DNA of 58,643 nt, the filler included, from Sphacelaria rigidula (taxonomy: Eukaryota): NCBI GenBank assembly GCA_964200075.2. It is 6 parts of 6 records of this genome, joined end to end, with 100 filler letters (N's around TTAATTAATTAA, not from the genome) between each part and the next. Parts side by side here need not be neighbours in the genome. Positions count along the whole stretch, not along the records: positions 1 to 9,691 come from CAXNAA020007955.1; positions 9,792 to 19,482 come from CAXNAA020007956.1; 4 more parts are not named here. One strand, written 5' to 3'. Position 1 is the first letter of the stretch. The number at the start of each line of letters is the position of its first letter. The notes below the pieces were generated by a model that was not told the origin of the DNA, made no database searches, and worked only from the letters and a program-made list of their open reading frames with translations. This document shows positions 1 through 9,895 of this stretch, in pieces. The translations under genes and the position numbers were made by a program.

Positions 1-381
1 CTGTGGCGATGTCAAAATCGACGGGAAAGTCAATTGTTTCGGGTCTCACTCTGAATCTGAAACTACCCTCTGAATCTGAACTACCCTCTGAATCTCACGA
101 ATATAGTGTTAGACATAGCATCGCGTGTGAGACTGCCGCCGTCTCGGATATCATCCTGCCTTCGCACCGTGCTGTACTGCGACTAGGGGCACCAGAAGTC
201 CGGCAAAACCATGTGTGACGGAACCCTTACTCAAATCGAGTTTGTACGATGAAATATACGATGAAACGTAGAGGGACTGGTGAAAAAATTGAATTAAATT
301 ACTCCAAGTTAGCGTTTGTACTTCGAAAATAAACCCATACCTATGAATCCACCGCCGTACAGGACACAAACCAGGGATGTA

Positions 382-437
382 ATATTATTATTATTATTTG
401 CCGCACATAAGCCCGGTCTTTCGAGCCCGTGGTCACA
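382..437 (-). mobile_element. Extremely 5'-truncated non-LTR retroposon 3' tail with (AAT)n end
   Basis: The minus strand reads TGTGACCACGGGCTCGAAAGACCGGGCTTATGTGCGGC followed by (AAT)n. It is flanked by the direct repeat GATGTA (376-381, 438-443), a candidate TSD. Confidence 0.6.
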
Positions 438-489
438 GATGTAGGCTCGTCTTTCCAATACTGTCCCTGCTATTCCTGAGGCTACTTAT

Positions 490-693
490 TAGAGAGTTTC
501 GGAAAACGCTTCTATGTCATTTCAGAGTGTTAATATCTCAGGATCAGAGTGAAGAATAAAAAAAGGCACCTCATCCCCAAAAAAAACAAGGGGACACCGC
601 ATTGGACGAAGGGATAAATATTTTTTCTTCAGACTCTGATCCTGAGATATCTGCACTCTGAAATGACAAAAAAGCGTTTTCCGAAACTTTCTG
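490..693. mobile_element. MITE-like inverted-repeat element
   Basis: AGAGAGTTTCGGAAAACGCTT...ATATCTCAGGATCAGAGT is mirrored by ACTCTGATCCTGAGATAT...AAGCGTTTTCCGAAACTTTCT. There is no ORF. Confidence 0.7.
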
Positions 694-697
694 TTTA

Positions 698-1146
698 TGT
701 ACGTATGAAAATATAAAGCTCATTGAAAATTGCATGTGCAGCCCTTATCCGTCGTTTTTCTCCCGAAAAGAGGGCTAGGCGGATGTTGCCACATTGAAAT
801 GACGTGCTCTACTCGCTGAGATCGTTCCAGAGCACCTTTGCGTTTTCCGTAGGCCACAGTTTCGTTCCTGAACAAACTTGCATTTTCAATAATAAATGGT
901 CAAGTTACCATAACAATGGCAGTTTCCCCCCTGTATTTCTAGAAACTGACTGTTTTTGAAGATGCAAGTTTGGCCAAAAACGAACCTGCCACGTACGGGG
1001 AACACAAAGATGCTCTGGAACGATCTCGGCGAGTAGAGCAAGTCATTCCAAGGTGTCGACATCCGCCTGGCTCTCTTTCCGGGAAAAAAGTGACGGGAGA
1101 AGGGCTAAACATGTACTTTTCAAAAGTTTTATTTTCTTTATACATG
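698..1146. mobile_element. Diverged foldback/MITE; a related segment recurs at ~12325-12420
   Basis: The arms are imperfect inverted repeats of ~190 bp (e.g. GAGATCGTTCCAGAGCA / TGCTCTGGAACGATCTC and GGCGGATGT / ACATCCGCC). Confidence 0.6.
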
Positions 1147-1720
1147 AGGAGTAGCCTTGCAAGACAAAGAGTCCTCCATCATTTTTTCAAGACTCCAGCC
1201 TAATAACAAGAACAAACGCAATCAACTAAATTATAACCGAAATAAAAATAAGAAGAGAGACGCCAAAAAAAACATGAGAAGTAGCTTCCCCGAGTTCAAC
1301 GAGGTAAAAAAAAACCCTTCGGACCCACTAAGGACAGCACACCGACAAAAAAGGTAAAGAAAAGATCAGATAAAAAAAGAAAATACAGATGACACAAAGG
1401 GATTCGCAAGGCCATCGGGCGGGGGGCAACTAAAAGGACAACCCCAGGCACCCTCATAGACCACCACCACAGCTGTTCGGAGAGACCGCAGATGTACTAG
1501 TGAGTGTACTACCCGACGGACTACAAGTTACTTTTTGAAGGTCCTCGGTAGGCACTGGGGGAGCTCTAGTGGCGATACCTCCCCCAAAACAGCTCATCCA
1601 AACAGAGACGGAGATTTGTACACGTCATCAAGTCATTATCAAATATGCCTGTCCGACACAAGTCATGACCTCATTTTTCAATATGCCTGTCCGACACGCG
1701 ATCGAAGATTAAAGATTACT

Positions 1721-1980
1721 TGATTGATTGGTTGATTACCCCACATTAATAGCTAATTGCAACAATACAGACCGCGGTCAGGAGCAGCAGGAAAAAAAAC
1801 AGAAGAAATAAGGTAGAGAACAGGAAAAGACAAAAGCAACAGCCACATACATGGAGGAAAGAAGAGAGGAATCAGCCACAAAAACAGCAGTAACAGCACC
1901 AACATAAACTGACTCTGCACGAATGTCAGCAAGCCGGAATTCTACAGGCAGGTACAAGCAGCTACTACTCATCGTCGAAG
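1721..1980 (-). mobile_element. Non-LTR retroposon 3' end, (AATC)n-tail family
   Basis: The minus strand reads TGCTGCTCCTGACCGCGGTCTGTATTGTTGCAATTAGCT...AATCAACCAATCAATCAA, homologous to 34725-34802 and 57631-57705. Confidence 0.6.
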
Positions 1981-2424
1981 TCGAAGACCAAGATTATCAT
2001 TATACCAATGAAGTGTCCTCAGGATAGTGCATTGCTCAGGATAGTGCATTGCAATGTATTTGAAGTATACGGCGTTCACTTTCCACCTATATTTTTATGT
2101 GGGGCACTTGTCTAGGTCGACAAAACCTGGAGGACTGGTCGGCATGCGTCTCAGGTGCACAGAGCAACTTGATTTGTCTCTGCAGCTGGTGTGTTTATCG
2201 AGATACAGTACTGCCATCTGGTTGAGGGATGTTGGATTAGAAATGGGGGCGCTGGGCTGTCTCCAGTAGTCCGAAGAGTCGCCTGCAGCACCGGACCTCT
2301 CATTGAGTTCGTACTCGTGAATAGCATTTTCATGCGAATATCACGCCTGTGTTGACTTTTCAGGGTCTCATATTTTTTATTTGACTTCCGTATGTATACC
2401 TTGGGTAGTTTGCATTCACGGAAA

Positions 2425-3113
2425 ACAGTGTTTTCGTGAGATTGAGAGTAGAGGATACGATTGAGGGTGAAAAGCGGTCAATTAGTTAATGAATCGTTTC
2501 AGTTCCGAAATGCCCCTCCACGACGCCCTACATGCTTTCTGTAATAGCTGGCTGCTGAGGCCCTTGATATCCCTGAGTAGGATATCGACGTGTAGCTGTA
2601 AGCACACGGGAGCGATAGAGGCGAAGAAATGCACACACAAAATGAAAAAATGGCCGAGTTAAAACGAATGATCAAAGCCACTCTCAATCAGCGCTCTACT
2701 CTCAATCTCCATACGTGGACAAATAGCACCCTGTAGGACGAGCTGCACAGGGTTCTCCACAGTCTCTGTAAAAACTCCTGTGCAGCATTTGCAAACCCTA
2801 GTACCTGTAATTAACAGTGTTTTCGTGAGATTGAGAGTAGAGGATGCGATTGAGAGTAAAAAGCGGTCAATTAGTTAATTATTCGTTTCAGTTCCGAAAT
2901 GCCATTCCACGAGGCCCAATATGCTTTCTGCAGTAGCTTGGCACTACGGCCCATGATATCCCTGAGTAGGATATCGACGTGTAGCTGTAAGCACACGCCA
3001 GTGATACAAGCAAAAGAAAACCATACACGGAATGAATAATTGGCTAAGTTAAAGCGATCGATCAAATCCACTCTCAATCAGCGCTCTACTCTCAATCTAA
3101 TGAAAACGTTGTT
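2425..3113. mobile_element. Two direct copies (~2425-2710, ~2813-3113) of a ~290-bp MITE; partial copy at ~12001-12210; related terminus at ~45-110
   Basis: Each copy begins AACAGTGTTTTCGTGAGATTGAGAGTAGAG and ends CTCTACTCTCAATCT (TIR). All share the internal block GATATCGACGTGTAGCTGTAAGCACACG. Confidence 0.75.
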
Positions 3114-4147
3114 GATAGCATTTTGCATAGCGTTTTTGTCGAAACCCTGCAAGCAACCCTGTGGAGAAACCTTCCCAATTTCGAAAATTCCAAATTATTT
3201 TGGTATAAAACCTCTAAATTTATTTTTTCGGAATAGGTTCTCCTGCTGCTGTCCGAGATAAATTCCTTTTTGCCCGATTCAAATCGGGCAATTTTTTTTT
3301 TATTTCGGACAGCGGGAGAAGTTATTCAAAACAGATCGTTTTTTCGCCCATTTTATTTGGGCAAAAAAAGGATATATTTCGAACAGCAGAATAACCTATT
3401 CAAAATAGATATTTTTTTCGCCCATATAAATTGGGAAAAAAAAGGGATCTATTTCGAACAGCTTATTCTGCTGCGCAAATCCCATGCACACTGGCAGATT
3501 TGGAATTAAAACAGCAGAAGAAGCTCGAAATAAATCTTCACCTTGCCCTCCAATTTCATTCGGAACTTGGGGGAGAAGAGATTTATTGCAAGCAGCGTCA
3601 GCTGTGCATATCCCGCATACTGCACCGTTACCAGCGTATGGGATCATAAACGCAACAAAAAAAGTTGTTGGGAGCAATTCATCCTATAGCCCCAAACGAT
3701 GAAAATTTCTCAACAACTTTCGCTGAGGGGAGATCCCACACATTGGTTACGTATATTTGTCCAAACCTGTGCTTCAAGCACAACCTTGGCGTGATAATAT
3801 GCTGGTAGAACGGTATATACCTCGCATATGAATGTACATTATTTTTTAAAACCACGTGGTGCGCAGTCTACCAAAACCACTCAACCGAGTATGCTTTTGT
3901 TTAGAGAGGTTTTTGCTTGATAGGTATTACGAGCACAGAACATTATATTCGAGTCGACAAGCCAGGTAGCTTAATGTGCACATGGACACATTTCAAATAA
4001 CAAAATTGTGGGTTCGATTCCCTCTGCTGTAATTTCTTGACCGTTTTTTTCTGCCAGTACCATGCCCATGCTGTAGGGAGTATATTGTATGTGCGCTGCA
4101 AAGCCTAAACACCATATTAACAACGATGAATTCTCCACGGAGTGACG

Positions 4148-4330
4148 AAACCCTGTGAAGCGCCCTGTGTGGCACGAAATAATACCCTACAATCAAATCC
4201 CCGCGAGCAACCCTGCACTATTTCCCTGAAACCCTGTGAAGCGTCCTGTGGGGCGAAAAAAAACAACTATAGCCAGATCCCCGCGAGAAATACTGCACAA
4301 TTTCCCTGAACCCTTTAGACGTGCCCCACA
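4148..4330. repeat. ~80-bp tandem duplication
   Basis: AAACCCTGTGAAGCG...ATCCCCGCGAG...CTGCAC...ATTTCCCTGAA occurs twice. Confidence 0.6.
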
Positions 4331-6232
4331 GGGTGGTCTTTGTCTACGTGTGTCACGATAACGTTGTTGGAAGGCGTCCGCCTCAGATGCCAATACGGAA
4401 GTAGAAGTACTCCACAGGTACCGGAACTGTTTCTGATGTAAAGACAGAACCAGCAGCAACATCAACATCAACAGCAGCAGAAGCAACAACAACACAATGT
4501 AATATTTCAACTGCCGTACTGTATGTCATGTTTCACCGAGGGGTGTACGATATGAAACAGAGCATCGTTTTATGTCATAACACCCGACGAGTATAAACGT
4601 GCTGGGCCAGCCTGAAACAGATCTGAGTTGTTTCACAGCCATATCTCATCGACACAGACGAATCGGGCAGTGATTCGAATATCTTGAGAATATACTATAA
4701 TGATCAAGAGGAAGGTGCCCATCTACTGCACTCAAAAGCGGGTGCCAATATTTTCTCGTCGATTGAACGCCATTCCGAGTGATTCCTATACCGTACGCGG
4801 AGTTAGGGTCCATACCCAATTATTTTTGAAACCCCGAACGATGTATACAGATGGATGGCGATGTTTTGTGTGAACATTCCCCGGAGCACGGGAAAACGAT
4901 CGATATACTGATATTTACCGAATTCGTTATCTATCTGGAGATATGATGCACATAATATTATACAAGAATCAATATATTACGAGCGGAGGCACTTGATGCA
5001 CTAAACCTGGATTTCGCGTTCCCAGTTTTGAGAGTTGTGATTTAAAATTTGGCATGTGCAATCGCTAGGGCATAAAGATGAAGGCTCAAAGCTCTCAAGT
5101 TTTTTGTTATTCTTTCCTGTTTCGAGCACGTTCTAGCAAAAAATGGTCATTCTTTTTGCCCCCTACCTCAGTTTCTCATCTTAATTTTTAGACTTGCGAC
5201 TTGAAATTGAGTATGCAGAGTTGGAACGGGAAAACAACAAAGATGGGCCCTCCTCTGTTCATTGCTGAGTTAAGGATGTTCTCGTGCAAAAATGGTCTCC
5301 ATTATACGAAGACGCAACTCATCAAGATACAATCAACGTGTCCCATTGTCTACTTCATTATGCCCCAGGGCTCGCGATTTCCCCCACAAAATTTCAAAGC
5401 ACAAGTACCGAAACTCGGCTGGCAAATAGCCTGCAGAATACTGTTCCGAATTTCGATCGGCCCAGGTTCCACATCGCCCGTTTTCACCTCAATTTTCAGA
5501 TTTGAAATTTCAAATATGGCACGGAGAATGAAAGGGTCGTAGCGAAGAAATATCTTGGAACGGGAATGTTTGATTATTCATAACTTGCCGACATGTCACT
5601 GAAAACTGGATGCATTTTTTTGCCCTCAACTCATGCAGAAAAGAATAACTCAGCATCCCAAAATATTTTTTCATTGCCCCCTGTTCATTCTCCATAGAAG
5701 ATTTGAAAGTCCAACGCTCAAGATTGAGGTGAGAATGGACCTGCAACCTACAGATCCGCTTCTAGGCTGGCCCAGCTCGTACAGTATAGGGCGTTCAGAA
5801 GATGTGAGTAAAATGGTATTTGAGATGTGGTATGTGATATACATGATCTTGAGAAGAAGATGATTCATCTGCCTGTGCATAGTGAAGTATCTGCCAGCAT
5901 CAGGTGGTATGTACGATATACATTTGCTTCTATCAGGTGACGTACAGCGATATATCGGCTTGTAAGAGGTGGAATATGCCATACAGTATCCAGTTTCCGG
6001 CTTAACGGCTGACGACGCACACACAACGGGACGCACAAAAGGGATGGGTCTGATCTGTGTCCGCTGTTTTTTTGCTGTCGTGCGGGTTTGGCCCGCGATA
6101 AGCGAGACGCATGCGCCTCCGGCCGTGGCTTCAAGCGAGCCACGGCAGCAGTCGCCTTCGATAGTGGCCAGCGCCGATACCGACTCCCAGCGGTCTTCGG
6201 CCGCGGCCAGCGCCGACATGAGAATCCCAAGG

Positions 6233-6477
6233 GTCGCCCCGCCTCGGTGGTGCCATAGTCCAACTGACACCATTAGGGCAGAGAGGAGGCGGGTTCGATT
6301 CCCACTATCATAGGTGTTATAGGTGCGTTTGGGTCGTTCTTCGAAGTATCCGATTGCAGCCATTTTAAGTTTGAGCACGTGACGCGAAGACTTGTACCGG
6401 AGGCATGTGTTCATCCCTTGGGACCACGGGCTCGTCCCGAGGAACGGGAGGGATCGGAGCTTTGACAAAAAACAAAA
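6233..6477 (+). mobile_element. tRNA-headed SINE, copy 1
   Basis: It has an A-box-like CGGTGGTG, a B-box GGGTTCGATTCCC (6291-6303), a 3' tail containing GGACCACGGGCTCGTCCC and an A-rich end. Head and tail are homologous to 34559-35073. Confidence 0.6.
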
Positions 6478-6492
6478 TGATGATATCAAAGG

Positions 6493-7988
6493 TGCTCCCC
6501 GTATCCCGTACGGCGCCATTATCCAGTACAGTATCATCCGTACCCGTATACTGGGCGCGGCCAGTACCCACCCGTACGAGGCAGCGAAAATACCCAGTAT
6601 CGCCAGTATCCGCTAGTACGAGGCGGCGAAATACCCAGTATCGCCAGTATCCGCCAGTATAAGGTGACGAAATACCCAGTATCGCCAGTATCCGCCAGTA
6701 TGAGGCGGCGAAATCCCCAGTATTACTAGTATCCGCCAGTACAAGGCGGCAAAATACCCAGCATCGCCAGTACCCGCTAGTACGAGGCGTCGAAATACCC
6801 AGTATCGCCAGTATCCGTCAGTATGGGGTGGCGAATGACCCAGTATCGCCAGTATCCACCAGTATCCGGCCGCGCAATACCCAGTATCGAAATATGGTAC
6901 CCACGGTTGAAATGGGCACGGCCTAAGTTGGGATTTTTCTCGCGGATACTCTCCGGTGAAAGTCGAATTTGCTGGCGTCGATAGATTTGGGTAAAATAAA
7001 CAGATCGTCCTCAAAACACAATGCTGAATTTAGTATTAGTCGATGTTATCGGGCGATACGAGTAAATACCCCGTTTATCAGGAGGGTGTTGAACGTGAAA
7101 CGCAGGTATTTGGCTCGAGTGCAAAAGGTAGGTGAAATAGAATAAAAAACGTTTTCACAAATACGATCGAGATACGCTCGATCGATGGAAAATACCGAAA
7201 AGTCGGACCCTGGACTAAAACGTGTCAGGACGCCCCATAACCGGTCAGCCCGTAAGTCACTCAATATTGAGTGCAAATGATATTTTTTTGGAATGTGGAG
7301 CGGTTACTAGTACCCTCAGAACACCAATGTGACGAACTGTGGCAAGCGAAGGGACCTAAGAAAATCGCTAGTATCGTAAGACATTACCAATCGTCCCACG
7401 TTGAACGTGCGGTATTGTACCCAGTATCCGCCAGTATAAACCAGTCTGAGACAACGATATATATACACGCAGTATCGCTAGTATCCGCCAGTGTTACCCT
7501 CAGAAATACGCAGTACCGCAAGTATGCACCAGTATGACACGCTGAAATACCCAGTATCGCCAGTATCCGCCAGTACGAGGCGACAAAATACCCAGTATCG
7601 CCAGTATCGTCAAGTATGAGGCAGCGAAATACCCAGCATCGCCAGTATCCGCCAGTATGAGGCGGCAAAATGCCCAGTATCGCCAGTATCCGCTAGTGTA
7701 AGGCTGCAAAGTACTCAGTATCGTCAGTATCGTCCAGTATGAGGCTGCAAATATCCAGTATCCCCAGTATCCGCCAGCACAAAATGGCGAAATACCCAGT
7801 ATCGTCAGTATCCGCCAGTATGAGGCGGTGAAATACCCAGGACTACCAGTATCCGCCAGTATCAGGCTGCAAAATACGTAATATCACCAGTATCCACCAG
7901 TATGAGACCAGGAATTACGGGGGGCGTACGGATACGGGCCAGTAAGGAAAGCCATACGGGCCTTACTGGTACGAGTCATACTCGGAGC
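6493..7988. repeat. Element with two arrays (~6560-6890, ~7420-7905) of a 41-bp tandem unit; probable non-autonomous DNA transposon
   Basis: The unit is AAATACCCAGTATCGCCAGTATCCGCCAGTATGAGGCGGCG. Short imperfect terminal inverted repeats are GCTCCCCGTAT / ATACTCGGAGC. The tandem arrays are certain; the transposon interpretation is inferred. Confidence 0.7.
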
Positions 7989-8024
7989 ATATTTGAATTA
8001 CATGGACCTGGCACCTGGTACTCC

Positions 8025-8610
8025 TGTTGGAAATCTGTACAGCCTAGCTAATTGTATTGTGTGAGTTTTTACTCTCGTAGCAACTTAGCGGGACAACTAG
8101 TCACGGTTCAAGTATCGCAGGATATCCCGGGTACTATTACCTTTTTTGCATGGATCCTTGAGTTGTATATATCCTGTAGATCTGGCCACGTAGGCTCGTA
8201 GGATACGACATTGTACTTCCAGTGTTTGTTAGTGCCGTAGCTTGAGCAAGGATCTAGTCTATGAGCTGGCACTCTGCCACGCAAGTGACATGGAAGCGTT
8301 CAAGCGTTTGGTCACGTACGTGTAGCGCTTTGCTTTTTGGTTCCAGGGATTAAGGGACGGAGCTGGTGGTTTTCATCGCCCTCCAAGGTCACTCTCCTTC
8401 AACACCCTAGTTCCCGCTTTCTGAAGGAACTGTGTATTTCTGCTTTTCTTGGCCAAATAAGCGCCCAATCAACTAATGGTCTCACTAATTTATTCTGAGC
8501 AGCAGACGCAACTGATTTCATGATCAGGGTGCAACCTCTGCTACTACTGTTCGCTGAACAGTAGTCGGTCTGTCGTACAGACGGTGCCATGGACACGAAT
8601 TCTTTCAACA
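8025..8610 (+). mobile_element. 5' LTR of a Ty1/Copia retrotransposon (586 bp)
   Basis: The termini are TGTTGGAAA...TTTCAACA, followed immediately by a PBS-like sequence and then gag. Confidence 0.8.
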
Positions 8611-8621
8611 GTTTATGAGCC
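8611..8621 (+). other. Copia primer-binding site
   Basis: GTTTATGAGCC directly follows the LTR-terminal CA. It is a variant of the GGTTATGGGCCC/GGTTATGAGCCC PBS of Copia elements primed by a tRNA-iMet fragment. Confidence 0.65.
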
Positions 8622-8807
8622 TTCGATTCGCGACCAGGTCATCAGGTCATCAACCTTCGACTTGAGACTACATCGGTCAGCACCAGCGAAGGGACTTCCC
8701 ATCAAGGTCGTCACTGCATCAGAAAAGTGAGAAGTGTCAAGCCTTGATATTTTTTTGATTACACAAGGTTTTAAGTGTGGTGAACATTCACACATTTTTG
8801 CAACAAG

Positions 8808-9465
8808 ATGAACAGTCAGGGAGAGCCATCTGTTGCACTACTTATCAGGAGCATCAGGAAATTTGACGGAACTAATTTTCTCGAATGGAAGCGCAGTACG
8901 CGCGTAATGATTTCCCTGACACACCCAGGGATCTCAGATATTATGAATGGGGTACACGTCCCGCGGAAAGTTTTGATGACGTGGAGCACATTCAACGTGC
9001 TCAATCACCTCCGATTGCAAGACCAACATCAAGATCAACGCCGCCACACACCCGCTCCCAAGGAACTCCACCGTCGTCATCAGAAGAGGCAGCAGAACAA
9101 AGAGATCCAGCAACACGAGATTCAGTTCAGGACCCGGCTGGTGGCGGGGTGGACTTATCCCAGGAGGACACTCACGTGAGAATTATGGCCAACAGATCTG
9201 AAATTGAGAATTGGGATTGCTGTAATGAACGGTTGTTCAATATTCTTTACTTGACAACTTCAGGCCCAGCGGGCAGTTTTCTTATACGCTTCGAGCCGAA
9301 GGGCCATGCACGACCGAATGACAAAATTGCTTGGGAGGCACTAGTCGGTAAATATGGCGGCGTATTCTTATGCGTCAGCTTGACAACATCAAAATGTCAC
9401 CTGCACAAGATCCTGACGTTTTCCTGACCAAGATCTACAAACTGCGTGATAAACTGGTATACATG
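8808..9465 (+). pseudogene. gag: Copia gag, two frameshifts, truncated
   Basis: The joined frames read KFDGTNFLEWK...ISDIMNG / ...NERLFNILYLTTSGPAGSFLIRFE...IAWEALVGKY / RRILMRQLDNIKMSPAQDPDVFLTKIYKLRDKL, typical of Copia gag (UBN2-like). Frameshifts lie near 8950 and 9357. Confidence 0.8.
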
Positions 9466-9691
9466 CAGTGTTGCGCCGAAAGAAAGTAAAAATCTCGACT
9501 ACCTGAAAACCCGCATACAAGAGTCATAGTATAAGACTTCAGGTAGAACCAGCCGCAAAGTAGGTGTCCTTCACACGGCCGTGGAGCTCCATACCAAGGA
9601 GTGCAGGTCCAACACGCGACACCACTGCAAAGCTTTGAACAAGGCAGGAGCGTTGGTGCTGGTTTATGACTGAAAAGGTGACGTTTAAGTG

Positions 9692-9791
9692 NNNNNNNNN
9701 NNNNNNNNNNNNNNNNNNNNNNNNNNNNNNNNNNNTTAATTAATTAANNNNNNNNNNNNNNNNNNNNNNNNNNNNNNNNNNNNNNNNNNNN
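9692..9791. other. Artificial 100-bp contig spacer (also 19483-19582, 29274-29373, 39065-39164, 48856-48955)
   Basis: N-run, TTAATTAATTAA (stops in all six frames), N-run; the same at all five sites. Confidence 0.98.
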
Positions 9792-9895
9792 GGAACGGTG
9801 CTCCGTCTCGAAAGGGATGCGTGCTCAATGGTCACATAATTAAGGCAAGCAACAAATGAGTACCCCCCCCCCCCCCCCCCATCGTAGGATGACTC
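9792..9895. mobile_element. Terminus of a GAG...CTC-ended (Sola-like) DNA element
   Basis: It ends (C)n-ATCGTAGGATGACTC, the same TIR as 43223-43474. The subterminal AGGCAAGCAACAAATGAGTAC also occurs at ~39820, ~40498 and on the minus strand at ~58585-58640. Confidence 0.6.

Noticed and set aside
3958..4030. tRNA gene (GGTAGCTTAA...GGGTTCGATTCCC); a similar T-arm lies on the minus strand at ~50220-50250
   Set aside because: Only box-like or T-arm motifs are present. No convincing acceptor or anticodon stems were found, so these are at most SINE-head relics.
5671..6537. 288-aa minus-strand ORF
   Set aside because: It runs antisense through a SINE and repeat termini and has no recognisable motifs, so it is probably a chance open frame.
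6613..7709. ORFs with repeated GYWRYW peptides
   Set aside because: These are translations of the 41-bp tandem repeat, whose unit length is not a multiple of 3.
6560..7905. CRISPR-like array
   Set aside because: The variable 9-11 nt parts are mutated versions of one sequence, not unique spacers. There are no cas genes and the context is eukaryotic.
9736..9747. Recurrent TTAATTAATTAA motif
   Set aside because: It is a synthetic spacer, not biological sequence.
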